Positions 38,472 through 50,769 of a stretch of 64,000 nucleotides of DNA are shown one piece after another. Every line of letters starts with the position of its first letter. The stretch's first letter is position 1. Origin of the DNA: Neodothiora populina (Eukaryota); NCBI RefSeq assembly GCF_041146345.1, contig NW_027191410.1, forward strand, positions 682,001 to 746,000, in the 5' to 3' direction. The translations under genes and the position numbers were made by a program. The notes under the pieces are model-generated. The model was given only the letters and a program-made list of their open reading frames with translations. It searched no databases and was not told the DNA's origin.

Positions 38472-41400
38472 GATTGGTACACGACAATGTCGAAGTGATG
38501 ATGTGTAGGTGGAAACGGAAACTCTGTTCATGGGGGGAAGGCCTTTTTGAGGGATAGCAAACCGGGGCGCCATGGGTAACATCCACCATCTTCTGATTCT
38601 AGCGTCCACCGGTGGTCAACGCGGGAGTATGAGGTCAGTCCCTCCAAACCTTCCGCATGAACCGTGAGACTGTTGAAACGAGAGGCCGTAGTGTGACCGA
38701 CTAAAGGACCGAGAAGGAGATTCTCAAGGTGGACTTGCCATCATACTAGCAACTTAATCGCCGAGGGGTGTGCTTGTGCATCTTTTTACGAGGTTTATGA
38801 AAATGATGAGGAAATGATTAAACTACAGGTGACTATTACCTACTACGACATAATTCATGCGATAATTTACAGGGTGCAGGTCAGAAAGTGAGAGTACTTC
38901 TTCCGACGGCTGAACGTTGTTCTTAGCACGTTCTGGCGCAGGAGTATGTTGTTCTGCGTCTCTACAGCAGAGATGGCTCTTTGCCCTGCTAATCGGGAGA
39001 ATCGCGGCTTGGATGTAGTCCCGAATCGGGATGAGAATTTTCTGCCATCGTCTCTAGGTTATCGCCGCCTACGACATTACGACATGCTTGGCCTACGCAA
39101 AGCAGGTCACCTTAGGTCAAGGTCGGTTGGTGAACGGACTCCACTGTCATTGTCGACAGTCTCTAGCTCTTTTCGTCCGCTCCGCAATCGATGCATAAGG
39201 CAGGGTCAGGAGCAATGGCGAGAGTACGCGAGCGCATGCTTGCCTTAGGCCATCGGCACATACTGATAAGCGAAGCCACTAATATATTGTCCGGTACAAC
39301 ATGGACCATTCTTTCCGCAGCGCGATGCTCACGCTCTGTAGTCACACGACCAGGTTTAGATACATTTATGTGATATTGCCGGCTGTTCTTGTCATGGGGA
39401 ATGTAGAACTGCTGACTCGCTATGAATCTTGCTCGTTCGTGGTAGGTAGGGCTCCAAGCTCAGGGCTACGACGCGAGGGTGAGTCTCAACCTTAACGCGG
39501 CCCGGCCACTGAGCATCATAGGTGAAAAATTGGGGACGCCACTGCCGAGGTCACAACCTAGAAGATAGAAAATGTTCTCGAAGCCTGCTCCATCCGGAAG
39601 TCGGCAGCCGGAGCGAGGTCTAGAGAACGACCACGACACACAGTAGCCCGGACGATCGTTGCACTGTCAACATGCGTCTGGTTCCGCAACGACGTGTCTC
39701 GCGGCCTTGTGGCACATTTGCATCCGTACGGAGTTCGCTAAGTCACCCCATCACCATATAATATATGTCTCCATGTTTGTGGTCCGCTGTGTTGATCTGA
39801 TAGGGAGCCGAACGTGGATCAGTGCTCTTGACGCCAACATCTCCAGAGTCTTGTATCAATAACCTATCCTCCGCGCACAATGCCATAGCGCTCCTCCACA
39901 GTCTTACCATACTGTACTGCAACACGATCCCCTGAATTACCGAATTTCTGCGCAATCTGTCAAAACCATCGACAGCGGGGTATCCATCCATCTCTCGACA
40001 ACCGAGGCCATGAGCCTGGGCTTTGATCTCGGAGGAAACATGTAATAGACTATTGACAGTATACTCCGATCTCAATCGGTGTAGCTAAGGAAATTGCCTC
40101 CGTGCTCGAGATAATGTTATCGATCCCTCACTAGCTGATCATTTATCTTGGCGGCCGTGGCTCAATGCCGTGAGAGTGCAAACCCGTGCAAACAGGCGAC
40201 TGTCGCGTAGCAGTTGTTGGCCAGGGGATGTCTCACATTTCGTGTCCTTCGGCAATACATCGCAGGCCTGACTCTCTCGATCAGGTAAAGTGGATACCTC
40301 GTTCACGTAAAACGCTTGTAATAAAGAGCTTATGAATATCTGTGCGATGCTCAAGCTACAAAAACAAGTGATACCTGCTGCGGGTAGCAGCTGGCAACCT
40401 ATGCAACATCTTCCAGTTTTGATTGCTTACCGTGGGTCAAACTTCCAAGTCCATGAGAATGCCGATATAATTTGAAATTTGTGCTATTGACTCTGCCTTC
40501 ACCCAACCTGGTGGATGAAAAGTGTATGGATTCACCGAGTCCTATCTCGTTTCCGGTATTCACATCGAAAGATCGTTCGTTGCTGTAAAGGAGGGAATGG
40601 ATCTTTTCCATGATTACTCGATCACTGATGCTAGATGTTTATACCTCGTATGTAAGACGAGAAAAACATGCCAGGCTCACGTCGAACATAAGGTACCTTA
40701 CCTTGGTTTTGGGACAGCTGAGGTACAGTAGGGCTTTTCTGCTCCTTCCACTAAACTGTAAGTTCTGCACTTGTCAAGCCACTACTCGTGCTTGTTACAG
40801 TAACGGACCTCGATGCCTCACAAATAGCCAACAATGTGACCTTTGAATATGCTGTTTCAATTGAGGGAAAGTCAAATGATGGAGATCCATGAACGCTGAA
40901 AGGTGTCTACAGCTGCTCTGGGAAGGTTCGACAGATGATAGCTACAGGAGAACACAGACATCACGAGGCGTCTGCATGTTTGCGCGGCTGGTGCTGCAAG
41001 TGTAGTACGATCCAGTTGTGCAGCGATCTGGTTTTCCCGGTCGCTGCGGCTGGCTGTTCCTTGATTTTCTCCGATCCTGCTACGATTACACGACGTACCG
41101 AATCAGGGTTGGCTTCGATCGTCCGGCGAACGGTTAAATCCCACACGCAGGACATGCTGCGACTTTGAAGGAGAGCTAGCTCCTTGGCGCTATAGAATAC
41201 TGTAATAATGGTAAGCTGTTGATTCCACGCAAGATCACGCCGAAAATCAGCGTCTTCTTCATCGACATCAGCTGAATATGCACGATACATATCCTCCATG
41301 TTACAGATTAAGGCACTGGGAAGTTGTCGCATGTGTTCAATCGTAAGCTGAAAGCTATAAACATGGTTGGGGTAAGATGACGCACGGATGCGAATCGATC

Positions 41401-41569
41401 GAGCTCTATACATAGTGACGTATCCGATCTCCGCAATTGAATGTTGATACCTATAGCTACCTTACCTACCTATACCTCTCGACCTTGCCCCCTCTTCTAT
41501 TTCGTCTCTTTCCACATCTCACTCAAACAGCTCAGCATCGAACTGTCCTTTTGCTGATTCTTCTCCATC

Positions 41570-42623
41570 ATGATCATTGATCCAGTTCAGGCTATGGCCA
41601 TGAAGCCTACTAGCTCCGTGTCTCCAATCCCCACCGTCGTCCCCAGCCTGCCTGAATATCAGGTTGCTGGAGAGACTGGTCAGAGGACTCTATGGGTCGT
41701 CTTCGTTCTCATGGTCATCTCGACCATTGTGTTCACTGGAATGGCTTGGTCGGTTCCTATTCAAAAACGTCTCTATCACATTGTCACCACCATGATCGTG
41801 ATCTTTGCATCGATCTCCTACTTCGCCATGGCCACGGGTCATGGAGTCAGTATGTATAATTGCAATGTATGATTTTAATAGTCTTGTACTTATGGCTTCC
41901 AGGCTACCATCACACCAAAGTTACTGAGTCGCACCGTCACGTCCCAGACACCACCAAGGACATCTACCGTCAGGGTATGTATATGCAATCTGACAACTGA
42001 CGGCAATTAGTTGACCTTGCTCTTTAGTTTACTGGGCGCGTTATGTTGACTGGTCTGTCACCACTCCTCTCTTGCTCCTGGATCTGTGCCTCCTTGCTGG
42101 TCTCAGCGGTGGTCACATCTTCATGGCCCTCGTTGCCGATGTTATCATGATCCTGACCGGTCTGTTCGCTGCCTTCGGCAGTGAAGGTACCCCTCAGAAA
42201 TGGGGATGGTACACCATTGCCTGCATTGCGTACCTTGTTGTCGTCTGGCACCTCGCTGTTCACGGCCGTGGTATGGCTATGGCTAAGGGCGGCAAGGTCG
42301 GCAAGTTCTTCATCGCTATTGGTAGCTTCACCTTGATCATCTGGACTGTCTACCCCATGTGAGTTTGATCTCCACACCTTCAATTGCAGACCACCACTGA
42401 CAATACCAGCATTTGGGGCATCGCCGACGGCTCCCGCAACATGTCCGTTGACATGGAGATTGTTGCATACGCTGTGCTTGACGTTTTGGCTAAGCCTGTT
42501 TTCGGTGCTTGGCTCTTGTTCACCCACATGTCTGTCCCCGAGACCAACATTGACATCGGCGGTTTCTGGGCCCACGGTCTCGGGTCTGAGGGTGCTATCC
42601 GTGTTGGCGACGACGACGAGTAA
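41570..42623 (+). CDS. Fungal microbial rhodopsin (Leptosphaeria rhodopsin-like, DTD motif); exons 41570-41849, 41903-41974, 42028-42358, 42410-42623
   Basis: SYFAMATGHG; helix C WARYVDWSVTTPLLLLDL; helix G YAVLDVLAKPVFG, which carries the retinal-binding Lys. Confidence 0.95.
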
Positions 42624-43304
42624 GGACCACACACGCAAGCTCAATGATGATGTGGCATGTTGACCTGTGGTAGGGGTGCTTAGGGGATTGAATGTCGGTT
42701 AAAGCCAACGGGCCTTGCTAAGTTGATGAGAAAGACTAAGGTCCCGAACCTGGGATGAAATGGAGATGATGTGGATGCATGACTAACGATTGCGATTAAC
42801 TAAGAGGATAAGCTTTGTTAACGTCGACTTCCTTACTTCATGATGTACGATAGCACTGCAAAGTAGCACTCGAAAACAAATGAAATTGGCGATTGACCTT
42901 TTTCAAGCTGGAACTTCTTTCTGTACCTCGCATGCTGTATCTCGCATACCCCGCGATTTGGAGACCTTTCCCCGCACTGCAGTGTGATTGTGCATCACAG
43001 CTGTCTGTCCTAATGCCCCTGCTTTAGCTGGAATGCCTCCACTGCTAAAGTACCTTGTACATGCGGTGTGCTAGCCCACCTAGGTACTCTACTTGATTAA
43101 GTAAAGTGCATCATACAACTCATCACGCGATTGGATTTGCAGGAGGAACAAGCCCAACCACCACATTTTCAGTGCTTCGTTTTGTACTGCTACAATTAAT
43201 TGATAGCACGGACCCTGGCGTAATCGTTTAGTAGGTAAACACCAGAGCTCGCAAGCTCCGACTACTTTCCTCAGATCAATCCCACTCGTCTCATCATCAC
43301 GAAA

Positions 43305-43989
43305 ATGGCACAAGCTCGCGAAGACGTCCTGGACGAATCTCCTATATCTCCTATCGAGAGTCGAGATGGCCTTGAGAAACATCTCCAACATAGACCTGAA
43401 GTCCAGGATCTGAAAAATAGACATATTTTGTTGGATACCACAGCTGCCCCGTAAGCTACCACCGACACTCTCGTCCCAGCTCTGGCAGACGGCGGAGGGA
43501 TATAGGACGGCATCATTCGGCATATGTACACTAACAAGCGCAGTGCATTGCAAGCTCAGCAGCAGGAGCTCCAACGTCAACAGCTGACGGACAATCTCAA
43601 AAAGGGTCTTGAACACAGACCTGAGCGTGACTGGCTAGTCGAGCGTAAGTCATCGTTTTCCACATGAGAGATTACATACACATACATACGCCTAGTCGAA
43701 GCTCGTATACCATGAGGGATGTCAAGTATTTATGCCTTGTGCGAAAAAACAGGTAACATCCTCCCCGACTCGACGGCTGCGCCCGCCTTGCAGTCGCAGC
43801 AGCGTGAGCTTGCTGCCGCCATGCGCAGAGACAGTATCGAGAAGCACCTGCAACATCGCCGTAAGCCGGAAGATCTGGTCAAGGAGGGTATCCTTGCAGG
43901 TAAAGTCGCCTTTTGATGATCGTTTTGATGTCGAGACTTGTGTTTATTGCTGATGCTTGGATGTAGCTGATGAGGCTCCCGTGGCTTGA
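43305..43989 (+). CDS. Small RPEL-repeat protein; exons 43305-43450, 43544-43644, 43753-43899, 43967-43989
   Basis: Three RPEL-type repeats: LEKHLQHRPEVQDLKNRHIL, LKKGLEHRPERDWLVERNIL and IEKHLQHRRKPEDLVKEGIL. Largely missed by the ORF track because of introns. Confidence 0.88.
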
Positions 43990-44375
43990 AAGACGGCGTT
44001 CTGATGGCGGACGTATTTGCGCCTGCTGCAGAGATGAATGAGGTCCTTCGCTTGTTGAATGGCTTTCTTTGCTCCAGTGGGTAGTGGTCTATGTATCGGA
44101 TTTTGCTGTTGCTATCACTCGGGTGACTGCACTCTTTTTGATGCATCACCTTATGACTACTCATATGGACAGTGTGCTACGACGGGGAAGCTTATGTGGA
44201 ATCCACTCTGTGTTTTCTCTGATCAAACAAAATCATAAAATCATAAAATCATAAGTCTTAGCTCGGTCTCTATCACCATGTACACCGCAAGTCTATCAAG
44301 CGCGATATATCTGTATAAACACAACCGTCATTCATTCTTCATGCCGAGATACTTCCTTGCGACCTCAGTACTCGT

Positions 44376-46904
44376 CTAGTGTATGCATCGTCTGCGAGTT
44401 GCGTCATTGCCAGCATAACTCTCCCGTACATCAAACACCATCAGCCGCAAGTGGAGCACTTGGTTTTTTACGGCCAAAGAGCGATCCCAAGTCCGCCACT
44501 ACACCTTTAGCCACGTCTCTGAGCGCTCCTGCACTTTCAACCTGCAAAGTAATGGTCAGCTAAGTATACAGGGTCGAGATACACCAACACTTACAACAGG
44601 GTATATGACGCAGATGATCATCGAGACCCAGATCCAGATGAATGAGACAACAACCCAGCCGGTGAAGAAAGGTTTACTGAAGACGTATCGATCTCCAAAC
44701 AAAGTGAATGGAACCAGGATTATGGCAATCGCTAGGTATACAATGTTCGCTCCTATCGCGAGCCGTTCGGCCTTCCTGATCAAGACTGGGTCCATGGGCT
44801 CGATGTAACTTCTCTCCAGGTAGTCGACGAGTTCGTTACCTGTTGGTACGAATGCCTCTGCTTGTGGAGCTGGTAACGGTTGGCTTCGTGCATCGCTCTG
44901 GACCTTTGAGCCTCTATTAAATGCTTCTTTGGGTTTGGTCTCATGATCTACGTCGGCGGCACCGGACGTTTTCTCGTTCACAATGGTAATCGAGGGCGAC
45001 CCTGTTCCTGTTGCAACCCCCTCTATCCTGTTCGAGCGTTCGATATGTTCCGGGTCTAAGGACGCAAATTTCTGTGGGAAAACAATAGTAAGGACAACAG
45101 CAGCGATCATGCCGACGCCCCACGAGGTTATGTTACCGGCAAGTGCGTTCAAGGTATCGCCGGATGTGGCCACCGAAATCACTCCTGATCTTTTCCAGGT
45201 CGTGATGAACCAGGCGATTAAACCACAGGTAAGCCCTATCCACGGAGCTGTCACTGTAGCGACGGAACTCATTCGCTTCCACAAAAGGACCAGGCCTAGG
45301 GGAATGGAACCACCTCCTACAATAATTCCCAGAACTGTCAACAGCCAGGTCAAGGAAAGGCCCGCCGCGTTGAGGCCGCTGCAGAATGCCGCCAGAACCA
45401 CACTGTACGCAACGATGCCGAAATGGCTAATCTGAGCGAGCTTCGCCGACGAAGCTTGAGGACAAAAGTACGTCTTGTAGACATCGAAAGTTAGAAGTGA
45501 AGATACTGCGATGAGTTCGGCGCTTGTCGATGATGTGACGGCCATGAAGAGTAAGATCAGTAACAGCACAGCGCCACCCTGGCCCATCAGAGTTTATTGC
45601 AGTGGCTGGAGATGAAAGACCAGCGGCCACTTGTTCTGGAGTCAGAGGATTTGGGTAGGTAGGAAAGCGAGGATTGCTAGTGAGAGCAGCGCTACCCAAA
45701 CCCATCGTGGTTGCGAATCCAAAAGGGATGCCTGAACAAATTAGCAGGGATATAGAAGGAGCCAGGACTGATACACCTACCATACCAGGCTATACCTCCG
45801 AGAAGGTAAGCTCTGACCGATGTCTCTGGGCGCGAAGCAATCGCGCGTTGCCAGTATGCTTGATCTAGCCACACCGTGCTGAAGCCTGCAACGAAAAGAT
45901 CGAAGGCAAACACCAAGCCGTTCACGGACTTGAATGCAAGATATGAACCATCTGTATTACGTGCGATAGGCATCTTCTCCGACGTTTCTTGTAACATATC
46001 ATACAATTCAGAAGGACTGCCGACTAGATCGCTAGTTGCATACATCAAAAAGGCGAAGATCTAAAAGCCGAGTCAGCGGATCAATGGTTCTATCTACGTG
46101 AACTGCGGTAGCTTTACCATGATCGCCAGAAACAGTATGACTGTGTGAACGTAGTCGGAAATGAAAGTTGAACGAAGACCTCCAGAGATCACGTATACCG
46201 CAACGACCTGCATGTATCATTAGCAATGGCGAGATTCATTCTAGAGGACCGAAGCGTCATACCAGAGGTATCAGCCAACAAGCAGCCTGCAAGCATGGTC
46301 AGATACATTGAACGATATCCACGTAGGTGTGACCACATACGTAGACGTTCATACCAGAAACAGCAGCCACGACCTGAGATCCTCCAAGTACAAGACAGGC
46401 GCCGACCAGCATATTGGTTGCGAGGCCATTGAATAGGTACGTGATGTGGGCAGTTTTGCCATGACGCGCCAGAACAATCTCAGGAAATGTATGAGCACCA
46501 GCGGCACTCGCCTTGATCTTGATGACAATGAGGGCGAAGAGCAGGATCTGGAAAGTCCCCATAGCCCCATACCACTAGGAGATATCAGCAAGGGCGATAG
46601 AAGCCAACTATGATAGGAGGTGTACCATTGGTCCACACACGCCATAGCTATACGCGAATGTCGAGCATGTTAGCAGGGTAGCTGACCATGTCCAGGAGGA
46701 GGCAATGCCGCTAGCGATGAGGCCTGGCTTTATAGATCTCGACGCGGTGTTGAACTCCTCAGTCTGATGCGTCGAGAAAGTGGTATATCGATTCTGTAGA
46801 TAAGTAAGGCCTAACATGAAGGGAGCAAAGGCACCTCCAATGCCGATAACAATGCCATAACCAGCTCCGCTTGTGAGTACTTGGATACCACTACTGCCTG
46901 CCAT
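44376..46904 (-). pseudogene. DUR3: DUR3-like urea active transporter (sodium:solute symporter family) with an apparent +1 frameshift at about 45593-45595
   Basis: Motifs EEFNTASRSIKPGLIASGIASSWTWSATLL, GGLRSTFISDYVH, DQAYWQRAIAS and FMAVTSSTSAELIAVSS. All introns are canonical, but an extra A (GCA ATA AAC TCT GAT GGG instead of GCA ATA ACT CTG ATG GGC) breaks the frame. This could be a sequencing error. Confidence 0.75.
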
Positions 46905-47058
46905 ACTTGAATGAATCTCAAGTCGAGCCTGTGTCTATATGCACTAACCCACAGGTATAGTGTCTTTGGAAGCATAGTAGTATAGCTCCATGCTCATTTA
47001 TAGCTGCATGCCTTGCCTGATCACTCAAGTAAATCCGAAGATACGGCATTGCGATGCA

Positions 47059-47346
47059 TGATAACATTGTGATAAAGGGAACAAGGGCACATTATAGGCG
47101 AGGTTGCCCAACTATGTTGCCCGTGATGCCTTTCTCATGGAACTGATAGCTGTATCGCCGAAAACATACTACAAGCGGAATGAATGATCGTCGAGCGTCT
47201 GTCTATCATAAGCTTACTATACGCTGTAAGACTGATATAAAGCTCGTCAAGCCCAGAGTTTTATTGGTCGAGATATTGCTTATCTGAGCGTATGTCGCAG
47301 ACTTCGAACCAGGAAAAGTTATCGGCTTCCCTCGAGTCTCTTATCT
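47059..47346. promoter_or_regulatory. Cluster of GATA (HGATAR) sites, putative AreA/Nit2 nitrogen-regulation element of DUR3
   Basis: TGATAA at 47059 and 47070, TGATAG at 47144, and reverse-strand CTATCA/TTATCT/TTATCG at about 47203, 47280, 47319 and 47341. All lie within 450 bp upstream of the ATG. Confidence 0.6.
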
Positions 47347-48085
47347 GATGATGCGTAGATACAGAGCCTGCTGCCAATGGTCATTGGGTTGCAAAGGTTC
47401 ATAGATATTGCGTGGTCAGGGAGTGACACTTCTGCAAATGACCTACATGTGTATATGAGGCATACTTACTATAGTGTAATCGTAGATGTACACTGAGAAT
47501 GGATCTCGCTACGGCTGGGGGAAAGAGGTGTATAGTGATGCAGAAGATGGCACCATATGCTCCACTAAGCATCATTGTGGGCGCAATGTACAATTGCAGC
47601 TTTCCCAGCAGTCGCCAACGGAAGCTGCATGGTGGAGTATTAGAACACTGTCATACTTTGTGCAAGATTACATGTGAAATGTCAGCGGCGACTGCACTAT
47701 ACTATTCGTAGAAGGTGCACCTAAACTTCGCTAGACATGAAACATGAGACCTCCTGCACCGCAAGCTTATCTGCTCATTGCTACTGTACAACCTCAGAGC
47801 GTCAGATCATCACTCACTATAGCTTGACTTTTCTAATCGCGATAACACAATATACCGCAATTCGCATGGATCGTACATGCTGAGTGCCCATGTACTTTGC
47901 TAGTAGTAGTCCTTGACGTCAAGATACAAATACCCCCCGCAAGGTCGCGGAGATAGGGTAATCCGAACCGAGGGCCATCAAGGTCTTGCCCTGGAAGGCA
48001 CTCCAACAATCGAGACAGCATTACTTAGCAGATAGACGTTTGGCCGTTCGCTTGGGCACAAGCGATGTCAAGTGGAGCAACGTAA

Positions 48086-49915
48086 ATGCAGTCCACTATG
48101 GATGAGGCTGCCGTATCGACCTTGCTAGCGTTGCCCGCAGAGCTCATCTACCACATCCTAGCGTTTTTGCCTCCTGCTTCACTCGCCGCATTCTCAGCCA
48201 CCAGCCGACTATCACGGCACCACGCACTGTATGAGGGTATATGGCAGCGGCTTGTCAATGACAACATTGCTGAGCCTCTGTCGTCTTCTTCACCGTTACC
48301 ATCATTCCGTGACCTGTTCATTGCCCATTATGAGCACTGGTTCCTGCCTAGGCACAGACTATGGTTCGCAGACAGCGAGCCCAATGGCAAACTACTCCTC
48401 GCACGATATGATCCTCGACGCGGCTGTATCGAGGCATACGCCGTAGTAGCCGAGCGTGGAGAGCATCGCTCAGAGCACTGGAAACATGATGCCAACGTAT
48501 CGATACATAGCTTCAATCCTCGCGTGCAGCTTGATCTGAACCAGCCCGTCCTCAAGCTGGATGTGGGGAGTCCGAGGACCGAGATTCGAGCTCCTCCAAA
48601 GCCACAGGCTCTGGGAATGAGCAATTGGTTTCGCCCTAGCCGTCTGTTTGGGGAGGAAGATGTCAGTAGCTCGCAAGAGCCGATGCCTCGCTTGTCACGC
48701 GAGATCCTGATGGATTGCTCTGCCCCAGCCGGTCTATATACATCCTTTATGTTTGCCAGAGACCACCCCGCAGATATCACCGGCCCTGGAACACCTGTTT
48801 GGCCACCATTATCCATTCCAGCACTCTCACGAACGCGAAACCTATCTTCGGACTGCTTCTTATCTTCTGGGCATCGCCCCAAAACCATCACTGAAGTATC
48901 ACAAAACACATTCCGCCTGCGCAAATGGATCGAATTTTCAAATCGCCATGCCATATCCACTATGCTCGTCGGTGAGAACAATGAAGACGATAATTCATAC
49001 CTACAGATGGGTATCCCTCGCAGCATGCTAGGACAGAGCGTGCGTATGGGCGAGGACGTCGCCACATATGCGACTCTGCCTTCATGGTGTTACACTCCCA
49101 CCAAAGAGAAGCCCTGGCAAGGGATCTGGTGCGGAGACTACAGCGGTCACGGATGCGAGTTTATAGTCGTCTTGCAACCGGACGAAGGGGACGAAATGCC
49201 CTTGCCAGACGGCATGAGATGGATGCACGAGTGGCTCACCACAGGCGTTCGCAGACGTGAAAGCAGCAGCACATACGACAACCACATGAACGCCGAACTC
49301 CGCGCGATCCTTGACGGACGCCGACACTCGGTGTTTGACTTCGACGAAGATGCCGAAGCAGACGAGCAGGACAATGTCGATTCCGTCAACATTTCTCCTC
49401 CTTCCCCTACTATCTCAAGCGACAGACCGGATCGCACGACCAATGACGACAACGCCGATGTGCCCGACTCGTCACCTGCAGCTCCGTCATTCAACCCCAA
49501 CAGTGTATACAGCGGGCGCATAGAAGCGGTCAAGCTGACCGGCGATCCCAATATCCCACGTGGTCAACACACCTTCATAGCGCCCGACATTGGCAATCGA
49601 GGCTTCGTGCGCGTGGCGTCCGAGTCCCCATTCGAGGGCGCCCGGGTTGTTCGTTCCGCCGGTCATATTGCCGGTGGAGGATTTGTTCATGGTAAGGCTT
49701 TTCTGCGGCTCTTTGTGTCTGCATTTCTATATCTCTTTTTTTCTTTTCCTTTTGAGGGGGAAATTTTCTGACTAATGCTCATCGACCGACTAGATGAATT
49801 CGTGCCCAGTCAACTCATGCTCATATCGCCCGATCGCATGGCGCAGTATTGGATGTATTTCGGACATGTCAGTTACTATCGGCGGGTCAATGTGGAGGAG
49901 CTGTTGCGGCTGTGA
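48086..49915 (+). CDS. F-box protein with FBXO31/cyclin-D1-binding-type C-terminal domain; exons 48086-49691, 49794-49915
   Basis: N-terminal F-box LLALPAELIYHILAFLP; KPWQGIWCGDYSGHGCEF; EAVKLTGDPNIPRG. Confidence 0.85.
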
Positions 49916-50769
49916 TGGGTCGTCGGGTTGGGGGAAAGAAGGAGAGGAAAGATTTTATATATACAGTAGTCAGAGGAGTAGTCTCAATTCCAATGATGAT
50001 CCGGTACAGTACATCCAAGTCGGTACAATATGATCGGAAGAGACTGGGTGTGTGTGCGCGTCTTTGCTGTGGGACACTGTACTGTAAAATCTGAAAGAAG
50101 CAGCTTTGTGGACGCTGGCCTTCGATGTCTTCTTCACAACATGTACACACTCGACGAAGAAAGACAAACAAAGGCACCAGGTGAATCCTACCACGGCCCT
50201 GCTGTTTCCAACAGAGGAGAAGACAAGAAGAAGCAGAAAAAAAAAGACAGCGGCGAGACATCGACCTACTCTTATAGACCGTGAGAAATATGAAAATGGG
50301 CAATCTGACGTAGGAGAGGTCGTGGATCCGATCCCTGATCTTATAACTTAATCTTCGAAAGAGCCCTTGTTTTTGCGCACGTATTTCATCTTGTTGTTCG
50401 TTTGTTCTCATCTCGTGAAATGGCGGAATGAGGCCTACATCGCAGTGGCTCCACGATGGCTCTGATTATGGGAGGAAAGAGCGAGAGAGAAAAGAAAAGA
50501 AATGGATGGGACGAAGAGCTTGTTCGTGGCAGTCCTAGAACCTCAAATCTGTGTTTCTTCCTTGTCCTTGGGATAGATGACTTGTAATGCTTTTATTACT
50601 ATCCTACTCTCGATACATATCGCTTTATCTTCGGGGTTTTTATTTTATGGTTTCGCGTACACGCATACAATACAAGAGTGATTGAACCGAGTGATAAAGA
50701 ACGAGAGTGTCTTCAGGCCTGGAGCGGCACGGAAATCTCGATCTTTCTCTATGGTCAACAGGGTCAAGC

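Noticed and set aside
44228..44253. (AAAATCAT)3 tandem repeat
   Set aside because: A trivial short repeat in a convergent terminator region.
44376..46904. TPP riboswitch as in some fungal urea-transporter-like genes
   Set aside because: All introns are short and no aptamer core was recognised.
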